64,000 nucleotides of DNA from Eledone cirrhosa (taxonomy: Eukaryota). Every line of letters begins with the position of its first letter. Position 1 is the first letter of the stretch. The notes under the pieces are model-generated. The model was not told where the DNA came from and did no database searches. It was given only the letters and a program-made list of their open reading frames with translations. The stretch is taken from contig OZ024759.1 in the NCBI GenBank assembly GCA_964016885.1, forward strand, positions 16,182,001 through 16,246,000, written 5' to 3'. The translations under genes were made by a program, and so were the position numbers. Positions 41,542-55,720 of the stretch are shown here, one piece after another.

Positions 41542-43901
41542 AAGGGTGAATAATATGGTTGGTTGTACAAAAAGGGTTTTATTTGCATAGGTATTCTCGT
41601 AAACTCGCCACCTAAGGAAACTTCTTGTTGAGTCAAACAACGCCGTACGTTAAAACTATCCACAGTACAGAGTACTCACAACCTCTAACTGGATTACCTT
41701 AAACGATAACTTATTATCATATATATATATGTGTGTATAAACAAATAGTAAAAAGGAAAAAAAATACAGTAGAAAATGCTAGAGGAATATTATACTGAAA
41801 ATATCCCTCTAGCATTTTCTACTGTATTTTTTTTCCTTTTTACAATTTGTTTATATATATCAACTCGTGTCGCACTTCTCTACATTCCATATATATAGCC
41901 GTCGAAACGGCTTGAGCTCTGCCGTCGGGGTCATACATTTTCTTATTACCCACTCTACTACCCTAAGTATTGAGTACTCTGGTGCGTTATGGTCCATCTG
42001 GTTCCTTACCACACCTCCTTCGTTATATATATATATATATTGTGAAAGAGTGAAGAATAACATGGTTGGCTGTACAAAAAGGGTTTTATTTACAGTATTA
42101 ACAATTGTTTTATTGATCGGGTGTGTCTAAAGACCGCTAATTAATCGAAATTGCGTCACTCACAACCTCTAACTGAATTACCTAAAACGATAACTTGTTA
42201 TCCCATATGGGCAGTTTCCATTCTTCCAAATTCACTTCTAAAATTCTTGTCGGCCTAGTGTTGGCTCGAGGTTGTTTCCATGGTAACTTAACTTACTAAG
42301 CACACAGCTCGGTTACTGAGTGGGTGCACGTGCACACACGCTCGAGCTCACGAGCTCACAAATAGACAAACACATACTAAGATATATAATTATATGTGTG
42401 TGAGTGTTTGTGTGTCTGTATGTGTGTGTGTGAATACTTGCCTCTAATGTCGACGTCTTAAAGAAAAGATAAATTATCAACCCAGAGAAGCAATTAAACA
42501 TCAAATTTAAGCCAATTTCTGGATTTAGTGGTAGACATAAGCTAGACCAACTACAATAAATCAATTTTGCTATATATATATGGGGGGGGGGGGGGTAAAT
42601 GGAGAGATTTTACATAATGAAAGTTATACCCATTTTTACAAGAGAAGACATTTCTCAGCTATCCGTCAGATGAGGAGTTGACAGGTCTGATATAAATACA
42701 TGCGTTGCTGATAATTCGCAAAATTAGAAAACTTTGGAGTAGGTAGAGTTTACTAATCAATTCCCCAAGTAAATTATTGTCTTGTATCCTGTAAATATAA
42801 ACCAGGGTAATACTATAAAATCAACCATAAATGTTGAGGTATTTAACTGGAATATAATTTTAGTTAAATTAGAAAACAATTTCACAATTTCTTTAATATT
42901 GCAACATTAAAGGAATATATCCTTCTGAAAGAATCGCGAGCAATTTATAGTGTTATTTAAGCATTTGTAATGTTATTTATGTATATATTTAAAACATATT
43001 TGTTATGTTATTCTACTGTAAATTTATTTATATGCTTTGTATATATCATGTGTTTATATTTTCACTCCCATTTGTACATTAAAAAAAAACATTTCATGGT
43101 TAAAGGGAGGTAATCTTGATGCTCGCTTCCATTGTACCATCTGTATACCCCCTCCTTTTCGTCTCAATTTTTCTTTTTTCATTATTTAATTTTCTTTTTC
43201 CTTTCCATGTTTATTATAAGAAATGTTTATATAAATAAAAATGTTCATGATTAAAAAAAAACAGAAAATATTTCTCTTTGATTGTTATTCAAATCTGTTT
43301 TAAAGTTACCTCACTAAATGACACCAAGTTTCTACTTGGTCGCTCTACCATTTAAAGGTACAGTGAACAAAATAAATAAATGGATAAAACTTGACCAAGA
43401 AACAACTTATTCGCCATAATCACATTCACAACTTTATAATGAGACTTTGCTAAGGAAAAACAGAGATTTAAAATTAAAACGCAACATTGCGTCGTCTGAA
43501 ACAGACGATAGTTGTGTGTGTTCGTGTTTGTGTTGTATTTTAAAATATTTAGAATAGACATTTCACTTTAGCCCCCATCTCGCTCTCTCTACAAGTTATT
43601 TTAAGCTGTGCTTTCGGGCTGAAGAGGCCAAACTCTCCAAGTACCGGTCGCTCTCTAGGCAGTAGTGACTTCTGGTGTCCTTGGCCCTTGGGCTACCTCC
43701 CTATTCGCCACCATAGGCGCTGAGCTAGCAAGCCGCAGGTGTGAGCCTCGCGAGTTGGGATGGCTCTTCCAGCGCATCTCCTTTACCATCCTCCGGGAAA
43801 ACGACTTTTCAAATACAATTATCATTCATAGTCTAATATTTGTAGAGAATAAATCATTCAGATATTATTTGTTCCCTATATATATATAAATATATATATA
43901 T

Positions 43902-43983
<82 letters not shown>

Positions 43984-44067
43984 TTTAAAAAAACAGATTT
44001 AAGCAAAGAATCGCTGCTTTCACCATTAACGGGATCTTCTGAAACTCATATGTATGTATATATATAT

Positions 44068-44109
<42 letters not shown>

Positions 44110-44291
44110 ATACATATATATGTGTATATATATATATATTAAAATACCAGATTAAACAGATAGGTATATATATATATATATATATGTGTGTGAGTGTAGA
44201 TATAGATATAGATATATGTATGTATGTATGTATGTGTGTATATATATATATAAATATATATATATAAATATATATATATAAATATATATAA

Positions 44292-44329
<38 letters not shown>

Positions 44330-44666
44330 GGGGTATGGCGGTCTGGGCAGTTTCCATTCTTCCAAATTCACTTCTAGAATTCTTGTCGTCCTAGTGTTGG
44401 CTCGAGGTTGTTGCCATGGTAACTTAACTTACTAAGCACACAGCCCGGTTACTGGGTGAGTGCACGTGCACACACGCTCGAGCTCACGAGCTCACAAAAG
44501 ACAAACACACACTAAGATATATATTTATATATATATATGTAGAAGTTATATTTAATTTGTTGGGATTCCAACAAACTTAAAAGTTTATAACTCATATAGA
44601 GCACTCAACAAATTACTGGAGTAAATATTCAATATATTAATAAAACCATAATTATTTTATTATAGA

Positions 44667-45538
44667 CTAGCAGTAAAGCCCGGCGTTGCTCGGGGTCGCT
44701 CAGTAGCTGTGTTAAAGTTACAATGTTAAGTTTCTTTTTTGGCTTAAAAACTGTAGTGTCTACTGTGCAGACTTGCATGTGGTGTTTTTGATTAATATTC
44801 CCTCAACCAACAATATGCCTTATGAAGTTAAGAAAACATAACGATAACCCGAATGTTATAACAAAAGAGGATGCTGGGGATAAAAACTGCACTGGTTATT
44901 TATTAACAAAGATCGAAAATGTAAACACTGCAACGCAGAGAAAAACATTAGCGTAACCAAATTATCAGTTATGTCTGTCTGCACGCCTATATCACCTCTG
45001 CACGGCTGTCTGTCTGCACGCCTATATCACCTCTCTGCACGACTATCTGTCTGCACGCCTATATCACCTCTCTGCACGACTATCTGTCTGCACGACTGTC
45101 TGTCTGCACGCCTAACGACGAAATATTTGCTTGTTTTACGTAGTCTTTAAATAGACTTGTTTTCAAGTAAAAATATTGTTTTAAAATGCTTTTAAATGGA
45201 AATGAAGCAAAACGGAAGCTTAGTGTTCGAACTGATGAATTTTGCAGGTCAATATTTTGCTGGCTCGACAACTGTTAAAGCCAGCGTAATTTTTTACGTA
45301 AGACGCTCAATGTAAACAGAACAAAGGGAAATAACTGATCACTTATGCTCAAAAATCGATACATTATATTCGATTTCGTCAGATAGGGTGGGTCAATTTG
45401 AAATTTTTTTTTTCCGATGTCTTCGCTAGGGCTCAATGTACAAGTCTAGCAATTTCGGTGCAATTCCGTGAGAGATTCTAAGAGATGTGTGCCAAAAATC
45501 GATAGACAGACAGACAACCACAGCTTTATATATATAGA
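44667..45538 (-). mobile_element. Non-autonomous Helitron
   Basis: 5'-TC(TA)n, 3' hairpin CCCGAGCAACGCCGGG then CTAG, inserted between A and T; internal ~37-bp repeats at 44972-45113. Confidence 0.85.
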
Positions 45539-45610
45539 TTTCAAGGGCGACCAAGCCAATATTGGTGCGCTTTGGTTTTATAAATAGTTTCCATTTATTA
45601 ATATATTGAA

Positions 45611-45647
<37 letters not shown>

Positions 45648-45855
45648 GTATGTGTGTTTAAATATGTATATTTATGTGTATATATATAAAGAGAGAGAAA
45701 TATATACATACACACACACAGAGTAAATCTGACTTATTGTAGTTGGTCTACATATTTATTATATATAGATGTGTGTATATAGTTGGTCTACATATTTATT
45801 ATATATAGATGTGTGTGTATAAATATGTATATTTAGATATATATATTTATCGCAA

Positions 45856-45928
45856 GCCTCTGTGGCCCAATGGATAAGGCACCGGCCTCCTAAGCTGGGG
45901 ATTGCGGGTTCGAGTGCCGTCAGAGGTA
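45856..45928 (+). tRNA. tRNA-Arg(CCT), with a G53:G61 T-stem mismatch
   Basis: 73-nt cloverleaf: acceptor GCCTCTG/CAGAGGT, anticodon arm CCGGC-CTCCTAA-GCTGG, TTCGAGT loop, followed by a TTTTT terminator. Confidence 0.9.
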
Positions 45929-46083
45929 TTTTTAATTTTTTACCACGTTTTGCTACTGGTCGAAACCTACCAAAGTTATGTATATGTATATATAGATATA
46001 TAACGAAGGAAATGTGGTAAGGAACCAGGTGGACCATAACGCACCAAAGTACTCAATACTTTGGTGCGTTATGGAATTACCCC

Positions 46084-46155
46084 TTGAGAAGATCGGCTAT
46101 TTAAATACCAGGATAAATTTTCATTTAGTCCAGAATTAGCCGTCGAAACGGCTTG
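46084..46155 (+). ncRNA. Hammerhead-like U3-A8 variant with long stem II, in the GTGGTAAGGAACCAG element family
   Basis: TTGAGAA-GA(t)CGGCTA...TAGCCGTC-GAAAC; family copies near 27706, 30818-31370, 41327, 41897, 54549-54765. Confidence 0.45.
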
Positions 46156-46189
46156 AGCTCAGCTGTCGGGGTCTTACTGGTTCCTATAT

Positions 46190-46268
<79 letters not shown>

Positions 46269-47954
46269 GCATAAATCTGCCATATATGTTGAGGAGGTAT
46301 TTAACTGGAATATAATTTTAGTTAAATTAGAAAACGGTTAAAGGGAAGTAATCTTGATGCTCGCTTCCATTGTACCATCTGCACACGTCTGCACCTGCCT
46401 TTCGTCTCCAATTTTCTTTTTCCTTTCCATGTTTATTATAAGAAATGTTTATATAAATAAAAATTGTTCATGTTTAAAAAGGGCGGAAAATATTTCTCTT
46501 TGATTGTTATTCAAATCTGTTTTAAAGTTACCTCACTAAATGACACCAAGTTTCTACTTGGTCGCTCTACCATTTAAAAATTGATTGAACAAAATAAATG
46601 AATGGATAAAACTTGATCAAGAAACAACAACTTATTCGCCATAATCACATTTAAATAAGACATTGCTATGAAAAAAATGTGAAGAGATTTAAAATTATAA
46701 CATAACATTGTATCGTCTGAAACAGACGGTGTGTAAATGTGTGCTGTGTGTGTTTGTTGTGTGTGTGTGGTGTTTGTGTCTGTGTTTGTGAGTGTGTGTG
46801 TTTGTGTATATGTATGCGTGCATGTTTGTGTGTATGTTAAAATGATTTTTATCAAAGCTAAAATGCACCCAGTGCACTCTGTAAAGTGGTAGAATTGGTG
46901 TCACCTACCTGTGAAGTAATAGTGCTCGTACTACACAATTAAATACACCCAGTTCACTCTGTAAAGTGGTTAGAATTAAGAAGGGCATCCAGTTGTGACC
47001 AGGCTCCTTTAGGATTATATCAGTTCATCCAACCCATGCCAACATGGAAAGTGGATGTAAAATAAAAATGATGATGATGATGATTTTAAAATATCACAGC
47101 AATAAGTTATCATACCAGTGTAGATAGATATGTGGTTATATAAAACATCATGATGGGTGGGTGAAATCACACTGTAATATCATCTTTTATCTGTGAATAT
47201 ATCAATGGTTAACCCTTCAACATTTAAACCGACCAGAATTCTCTCTCCTCTTTCTGTTCAAACTGGCCATAACTGGCCACTCATACTGATATTAAGGTAT
47301 TGTTCTCAAAATAAATAAAATGAAAATCTCATGGATTCAATATTATGAGATAATTATGTGAGGTAAAGCTTTTACCATGTAAATACAATAGTATATATAG
47401 AGTAATGTAAATTCTTTCTTTGACTCTAAACTCCACCAGTTGCAGACTGCGCATCAACATGAGATATTTTTCTCCACAAAGTTCGATCACCGGCAGCAGA
47501 GTTTAAAGAGCAAAGTTCAAGTGCCGCAAAGGTTAAAGTACCAAGTTAAGATCTGGCGCAGGATAGCCTCTGAATGAGGGTGGGTGGAGTCTCTCTGAGT
47601 CTTGGTTGACAGCCCACCTAGTAATGGTGTCACAATAAAAACACTGGTTTTTGCGTTACCCTACAAACGCTCTCTTCTAACATGTTTTGAGCCAGCATCG
47701 AAGAGTAGGCTCATAAAATTAACATGAAAAAGTCACCTCAAACATTTTGAATGTAAATGCTAAAGGGTTAAACAAGCTATATCTGTCATATCACCACGAT
47801 ATGGCTTACTCTTCCATAGAAAAAGGTACTAGTGGTATTTTACATGAATGACTTAGGAAACTCTACATTGATGAGGCTCCTTTTCTGTGAGTATACATGT
47901 GTCTCTTCTCTTTAAGCTACCTGCTTAAGAATTATTTGCCAGATATTATAGGAA

Positions 47955-48410
47955 TTGAGCATGATCCAATAGATGTGTAATGTTAGTGCACATGAACGAT
48001 AAAGCACAGACGAGGTAAGAGAAAAACTGGGCATAAGAGGAATCAGATGTAGTGTGTGCAAGAGAGAAGACTGCACTGGTATGGACATGAGATGCATGCA
48101 TTTGGATAATGATTATTGGGTGAAGAAGTATCAAGAGATCCTAGTGGAAAGAAGCGGAAGTGGAGGAAGACCAAGGGAAACTTGGACAGAAGTAGTGAGA
48201 GCTGATATCAAATTGTTCAAAACTCACAGAAGGAACGCAAGTGGAGTAAAGCTGGGCAGGAGAAGACCCGTCCAACCCATGCAAGCATGGAAAAGCAGGC
48301 ATTAAGTGGCAATGATGATGACAACAATGATGGTGATGATGATTACAAGACTGATGATGATGATGATGATGATTACAAGACTGATGATGATGATGATGAT
48401 GATGATGATA
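47955..48410 (+). mobile_element. RTE LINE 3' fragment inserted at the 3' end of the ZNF ORF
   Basis: KLGIRGIRC..LHWYGH..GRPRETW, long (GAT)n tail. Confidence 0.85.
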
Positions 48411-48416
48411 TCATTT

Positions 48417-49061
48417 TTATCCTGTATGTGTGCGTTTGTGCGTGGTCAAATGATTTGTTTGGGAGAAAGATTTACCACAGATATCACACTTGTATGGCTT
48501 CTCTCCTGTGTGTATGCGTTCATGTTTAGTTAAGTCACTTGTCCGAGAGAACATTTTCCCACAGATATCACAGTGATATGGCTTCTCTCCTGTGTGAATA
48601 CGTTTGTGTGTAGCTAAACCACCACTTTGGGGGAATGATTTGCCACAAATATCACAGTAATATGGTCTCTCTCCAGTATGTGTGCGCTTGTGAATAGTTA
48701 ACTGACTACTTTCAGAGAATGATTTACAACAGATATCACAGTGATATGATTTCTCTCCTGTATGAATGTGTATGTGACTAGTCAAGTGGTTTGTTTGAGA
48801 GAACGATTTACCACAAATATTACAGTGATATGGTTTCTCTCCTGTATGAATATATCTGTGTCTAATTAAGTTACTGCGATGAGAGAATGATTTACCACAG
48901 ATATCACAATCACATGGCTTCTCTCCTGTATGAATGTGTATGTGTTCATTTAGGTTCCTTTTACGAGGGAATGACTTTCTACAGATGTTACAGGTATGTA
49001 ACTTAATACTTTTAGGCCGTCTTTTATATTTAGCTTCCTTCTCACACAGTTCATTTTCCAT
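48417..49061 (-). CDS. Poly-C2H2 zinc-finger protein (7 fingers, 214 aa from MENEL)
   Basis: Uninterrupted ORF with TGEKPY linkers; ATG at 49061; TAA falls inside the linker after finger 7. Confidence 0.9.
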   Translation of the reverse strand: MENELCEKEAKYKRRPKSIKLHTCNICRKSFPRKRNLNEHIHIHTGEKPCDCDICGKSFSHRSNLIRHRYIHTGEKPYHCNICGKSFSQTNHLTSHIHIHTGEKSYHCDICCKSFSESSQLTIHKRTHTGERPYYCDICGKSFPQSGGLATHKRIHTGEKPYHCDICGKMFSRTSDLTKHERIHTGEKPYKCDICGKSFSQTNHLTTHKRTHTG

Positions 49062-50114
49062 AATTTTCCTCTTTTTACCACAACACAAGGATATTTTACT
49101 TGAGAAAGACTTTTATAATGTATTCCAACTAATCATTTCTATTGTTATATTTCCATCAACTTTGACATTTGCTAATATTTAAAAATTGCTTCCATATTTT
49201 CCATTATATTCCTAATTAGTGAAAGTTGTAAAGGGCCCCGACAACATATTTTTCATTGTGCTGATTATATTCCTAATTAGTGAAGGTTGTAAGAAGGTTG
49301 TACTATTACCAACTAAGTCTAAAACCAAATCATGAACAAATGGCTACGTTTTAATCTTTCAGACTTTACAGTACTTATTATCTCTATTAATATAATTTTA
49401 TATTCCTTTTCTTCCTTTGTTTCTTTCTTTCTATCACTTCTGCAGGCCAACACATTTCTTGCCACTGATTTCTGTCCTTTGAGCTAATTTTTACCTGACT
49501 CTGTCATTGACAGCATCTTGTGTTTTTCTCATTGTTTTATGAATTATATTTTGTCCAAGTTTATTGCAATTTTCATTTAATACTATATATGGGCTGGCCA
49601 CATCTCATGACTCAGTGACAACAGATGGACAATCAGAATGACACAGTGGACACCAAGAAAATGGACAAGATCAAAAGGATGTCCAAGACAAGATGATGAG
49701 ACAACCTCACCAACCACCTAGGGCCCTCCTGGCCAAGATTAGCAAGGGACAGAAATCGGTGAAAGGAGTCCGTGGAGGGATTCCTCCTCCGTGAGTGATT
49801 TCAAGACCCTGGATCAAGGATCAAGGATGTAAAGGGTAAATGGTAGAGTTGTTAGAATGTTAGAGATAATATTCCAGCTCTTTGTGCTCTGAGTTCAAAT
49901 CTCCCTGAGGTCAATTTTGCTTTTCATCCTTTAAAAAATGTACCAATGTGTTGGGGGCACCTTTGATCTTTAAAAGATGATAAATATAATTATTGATGAT
50001 TCATCTGAAATTTAAAATAAAAATTACTTTAGGGTAATATTATTTGCATACTCTGAAATAATAGAAAAAAAAAACTAATAAAGATGCTTGTGTATGTATA
50101 TATATGTGTATATG

Positions 50115-50156
<42 letters not shown>

Positions 50157-50959
50157 TGTGTGTGTATGTATGTACATATATATATATATATATATACATG
50201 TGTGTGTGTATGTGTGTATATATATATTATTAGTACAGATTAAAAGTTTTATTATTACTATATATATATATAAATATATATTCATATGTGTGTATATATC
50301 ATCATCATCATCATTTTACGTCCGCTTTTCCTTGCTTGCAAGGGTGGGACGGCAACTTATTCTGGCTTGATTTCTACAGCTGGATGCCCTTCCTAACACC
50401 AACCTCATTTACAGTGAGTGCTGGGTGCTTTCTTTGCTGTGGCACCTCCACGACCACTTTGCAGTGGAATGATAGGAACCCCAGTCCCTATCATCTCATT
50501 TCTACAGCTGAGTAAACTGGAGCAATGTGAAATAAAGTGTCTTGCTCAAGGAAACAACACATCACCCGGTCATATATATATATATATATATATATTGACT
50601 GTTGAATAGCTCTGTTATATTTAACTATTCTGTCGAAAGCTTTATTCGAATTGTGATATTTTGCATTCTCGCAATAATACACAACTGAATCATTCGCTTA
50701 ATAGAGGTGTTACCTCCCTTGCTGAATCCCACGAGGGGTCAGTAATAGCCACACTATCTATAGCATCTTGGAGCAAAACCCGTTGATAACACGACTTTCT
50801 TGTTCATCATCTCACCAGAAGCCCAACATTCTTTATGTAGGCGGACAGTACCTGATTTTGGAGTCGCAGAAACCAATACTGGATTTTACCATGTCCAGGG
50901 TCCGGGAAAGTATCAGCACATATATTTTTATTGTTTGACCCGAATTACTTGGTCGTTTT

Positions 50960-51130
50960 GTTTTGGCTGTGCGGATGATATGTTTAACCATCATCTCAGT
51001 GTGTTTGGCCCTTAACGTATGTTGTAGCTCTGATTCATATGATTCATCGAGCGCTTGCCACACATATCGGACGTTGATTTTCGTTAATTCCTGAGCTGAA
51101 AACGATTCTCGCTAATTTATATTTATATAT
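50960..51130 (-). mobile_element. Possible hAT (Buster/Charlie-like) transposase N-terminal remnant
   Basis: GINENQRPICV...ESYESELQHTLRAKHTE resembles RPQCV..ESMKPSKLxRHLxTKH. Confidence 0.35.
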
Positions 51131-51224
51131 ATATATAAGTACATAGACCACTACCATCACTACCCCAATGTTACATGTTGGACAATGTGGTAGCCCCAGT
51201 GGACAGAAAAAGAAAGAGTTAACC

Positions 51225-51737
51225 TGGAGGATGTAGCAGTAAATCAAACATGGACACTTTCATCCAAACAACAAAAGCGCCTTGATGGCACCTACACTCG
51301 CCTACTTCGACACACTCAGAACATAAGCTCACGACATCTGACTTTGAAAGAAATATATATGCCAACCGCCCAAGCATATCTGTCGTTGTATGTAAAAGGA
51401 AAGTAAGATTTGTTGGCCAGTGCCATTGTAACACCTATGAGGCTGTGGCCCCATTAGTTCTTTGGCAACCACAGGCAGTGATTAATAACAGGGGTCTCAA
51501 ACTCCTATCCCGATTTTCTGGCCACTGCCATCGTGCTACCTCTGAGGCGGTGTCCCCATTAGAGCTTTGGAAACCACAGGTGGTGACTAATGGCAGGGGC
51601 GCAAGCTCTCCTATCCCGATGTCATCTCCGGAGATTCTGATATTGAAATCCAGGACTTGGCAGCGCCAATGAATGACAGACCCACGTGGAGATCAATTGT
51701 TGATTCCATTTCGGCTGAGGCCGTTGGATGATGATGA
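51225..51737 (+). mobile_element. Degenerate RTE-like LINE 3' fragment
   Basis: WTLSSKQQKRLDGTYTRLLR..RFVGQCH..., (GAT)n end. Confidence 0.7.
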
Positions 51738-52489
51738 AATAGGTAGGTTATTCAGAAATCCAGAACACCCGAAGTCTCTACTAGATTTAACAAGAAACCT
51801 ATCAGAAAGTGCCCAATACTTCAATAATTTGTGATCTTCAGCTTGTCGGACAATAAGCCATAGGTCTTCTGTCACCGAATTCACCAGATTATTGCTGGAA
51901 AAAGTGTCCGTGCATATCGTTTCCTAGGTGAGGAGCTTACCATTGCAGAAGGGAAAAATTGTGTGATGCCATCCGGCCATCCACTGTCCCCTCAGTTTAA
52001 TCTTATTGATTCGTGCTACAATGGGAAGCCAGCAGCATCTAAGTCATGCGCAAAGATTTTGTCGTGTGTGGTATGGCATACAAGACTATCAGAATAAAGA
52101 TGGCATGTCAGTTTGTGAAGGCTAAAAACATCCACAGTGGATTTGATATAAAACTAGTGAACCAGTGCCATCAATAATTAATTGTTTCTACTTTTAGTAC
52201 AAGGCCAGCAATTATCCTAGTGTATTACTGGTACTTTATTTTATTGACCCTGTAAGGATGAAAGGCAAAGTTAACCCCAGCGGGATTTGAACTCAGACGT
52301 AACTCTTTGCTGCAAAGCATGGCGTCCGACCCTCTACCGATACTGCCAATCCATCAATAATAATTGTTTCTACACTTGGCACAAGGCCAGCAATTACCCC
52401 AGTGCATTACTGGTACTTTATTTATCAACCCTGTAAGGATGAAAGTTACATTGAATGTATTTAATTTTTGGAGTCCAGGATTAGTATGC

Positions 52490-53040
52490 CATTTTTACCA
52501 GGCTGTCTCCGTCCTATATCAGCTGAGTATCTACCTGTGCTCTCAGGCATAGATCCGACACCTCTTCATAGAGAGCATCACACACATAGGTTGCTAACTA
52601 AGGCCTCAATAGACCCAAGTTATCTGCTCCATGACATGGCTGAGAATTCTCAACAAATGATCCAACATTACTTGATGTCACATGACCCTTTCTCTCATCA
52701 TGCAGCAAAGCTGCAAACCTTGGGCTTCAACATGCTTCAGACGTGGAGAGATAGCTAACAACAGGCATCTCGAACTGCCCAACTGAATGTCAACCTCTAT
52801 ACAGCCCTCTCCACCACATGCTGACCTTTCCTGAAGGGAGTGGGTGTCCCTGAATCAGCCAATGCAACCATGCACCACTAGGGGGTTGCATCTATCAACA
52901 GCTTGCAAGTGTGGCTCACCAAAGCAGATTGCTGGACATATAGAGTGAGAACCAAGATCTCTGCCTACCTGAGCGTGTGGACCTCACCATAATCTCACTA
53001 CTGTGAGCTGGTTACAGGACTTGGGACACATCACATAATT
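52490..53040 (+). mobile_element. Vingi/Ingi-like LINE 3' fragment
   Basis: GCLRPISAEYLPVLSGIDP motif and a degenerate C-terminal CxCG..HI knuckle. Confidence 0.6.
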
Positions 53041-53781
53041 GCAGCTTTCTCATATATACCTACATACATATAAATATATATGTGTGTGTGAGTTTTTGGC
53101 AACTTGATAAAGCGAGATTAGGGTTAGGGTATACATACATACACATGGTGGCTGCCAACTCGTTTTCGAGTACGGCCACTACTTTATATCCATGTAGGAG
53201 AACCCCTACCGATGTGCTGAACGAATGTGACTTTTTAGTCCAGCCAGCGACTTGAAAACTCTGGTACAAAGACTACACTTGTGACCATTATTGACACATA
53301 GTGCAGGGCCCATGGTACCATGTGATGACAAGTGCAGAGAGATCTCCAGATATAAAGCAATGCCTGTGCTGTGAAGCTTTTATAGTGAGCAAAGGCACTG
53401 CACAAAGCCAGTCCCACTCTCTTAACCAAGATGATATTTACCAAAAAGAAGAACAAGTCAACATCATTGGATACCATCTGGGTTGCAGGTGTTATATCAG
53501 AGTTTTCCTTCTCCTAGAATTCTGCCTTGATAAAGGCTAAGGGGTCATCTCTCCCGGTGATTTTGGATGGCTATTGAGTCTTAAGAGCTCCCTTGCCCTT
53601 TGACAGGTTTTGTTTTTAGTCCTGCAGGATGTCCAAAGTCACCCTCCTCACCAAGAAACCTTGGTGGGGTTGCCAGTTTAGTCGCCAACGACCCGACCGT
53701 GAGACAGGTTGTACTGGGATACATGTTACCAGTAGCACCAACTGGTGACCTGACATACATACACATACATACATACATAGT

Positions 53782-53820
<39 letters not shown>

Positions 53821-53889
53821 TGTGTGTACATGTATGTATATGTGTATATATATATATATAAATATATAAATATATATAAATATATATAA

Positions 53890-54208
53890 ATGTGTTGAGA
53901 GAGAAACTGTGTCTGAGAGGGATAGAATGTAGTGTACAGGAGAGGAGACTGAGGTGGTATGGACATGTAATGCGCATGGAGGATGACCGATGGGTGAAGA
54001 AGTGCCAGGAAATGCCAGTTGAAGGAAGACGTGGTAGAGGTAGACCACGAAAAACATGGGTGAGAACAGATCTCAGATCATTGAAGCTCACGGTGGAGAT
54101 GACGAAGGACCGTGGCGAGTGGAGAGATGCTGTGCTGTGTAAGACCCGTCCCACCCTTGCAAGCAGGGAAAAGCGGACGTAAAATGATGATGATGATGAT
54201 GATGATGA
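53890..54208 (+). mobile_element. RTE family B 3' fragment
   Basis: RRLRWYGHVMRMEDDRW..TRPTLASREKRT* then (GAT)n. Confidence 0.92.
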
Positions 54209-54437
54209 TATATATATATATATATCAAAGGTTGGGTGATATATAAATGAGTTGGGTGATATATAAATTGAGTTGGGTGATCGGTAGTTACCACAATTCC
54301 GGTTTGTATTTATTTTCTTGATTTTTTTCTTAAATTGAGACAAGCAAACCTAATTGTCTATAGTTAGTATTCTTTTCACCTTAGCGAATCTGGTCCCTTA
54401 CGATTTGAACACAGATATGTATATATCTGTGTTCTAT

Positions 54438-54474
<37 letters not shown>

Positions 54475-54502
54475 TGTGTGTGTGTGTGCATGTATGTGTA
54501 TG

Positions 54503-54552
<50 letters not shown>

Positions 54553-54830
54553 AACGAGTAGGACCCCGACGGCTGAGCTCAAGCCGTTTCGACAGCTAAT
54601 TCTGGATTAAAATCAATTCTGATTTTAGTCTAGAATTAGCCGTCGAAACGGCTTGAGCTCAGCCGTCGGGGTTCCACTCGTTCCTATTACCCACTCTACT
54701 ACCCTAAGTATTGAGTACTTTGGTGCGTTATGGTCCACCTGGTTCCTTACCACATTTCCTTCGTTATATATATATATGTATATATGTATATATGTATATA
54801 CATGGTGTGTGTGTGTGTGTGCATGTATGT

Positions 54831-54894
<64 letters not shown>

Positions 54895-55312
54895 GATGTG
54901 TGTGTGTGTGTCTAACAGCATTATAGCCCCCCCCCCCCCCCCCCCCGGCAAAGCAGAGCACTGGGGCCCCCTACCTACACAACCACTCACAGGAATAAAA
55001 ATACAAATGGGTCCCCTATCCTCGTGGGGCCCCCGGGCAACTGCCCAGCGTGCCCATGCGTTAAGACGGCCCTGTCTGTATGAGTATATATATATATATA
55101 TTATATTTAACAATTTCCCACCGAACCACTGTAGGGTGCTTTTCTTTCTATAAATTTACCAAGAAATCAAAAGATATCTCAACATTGCTAGAAGAAAAGG
55201 AGATATTGCAAGAATAATAACAATAACAACAACAAATACATCCGCAAGGTAAGCTGTGTCTACCTAATCCGAATGATCGGTGATATATTCTTCGGTTTGG
55301 AAGTAAAATTAA

Positions 55313-55366
<54 letters not shown>

Positions 55367-55589
55367 CTCAATATATTTATAATACTTACATAATATCGAT
55401 TGAATGTAGTCGGAATTAGGGAGATATATTAGAAAATGCCACCAAATTATAGTAAATATATATATATAGTAAATATAATATATCTAATATATAATGTTTA
55501 ATATATATAATATATAATATATATTATATTTAATACATATAATATATAATATATATATGACTAGTCAGAAAAAAACAATTTAAAAAACC

Positions 55590-55720
55590 GCGAAACACAA
55601 TTTCAGGGATTATTTTGTTTAGCAGCGGTGTACGGAAGAATATTACTTTTTTCACGCTTGTTGTGCGGTCGGCGGAAGAATATTTCTGTTGTTGTTTTTT
55701 TCTAATGTAAAATGGCTGCC
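55590..55720. promoter_or_regulatory. Putative promoter of the second ZNF gene
   Basis: AAACACAA..GGGATTATTTTGTTTAGC..GTCGGCGGAAG..AAAATGGC, conserved with 39780-39860. Confidence 0.55.

Noticed and set aside
53640-53755. HDV-like ribozyme at the 5' end of the (ACAT)n-associated element
   Set aside because: P2/P3-like pairings and CTAA are present but no P1 partner was found by eye; needs a descriptor search
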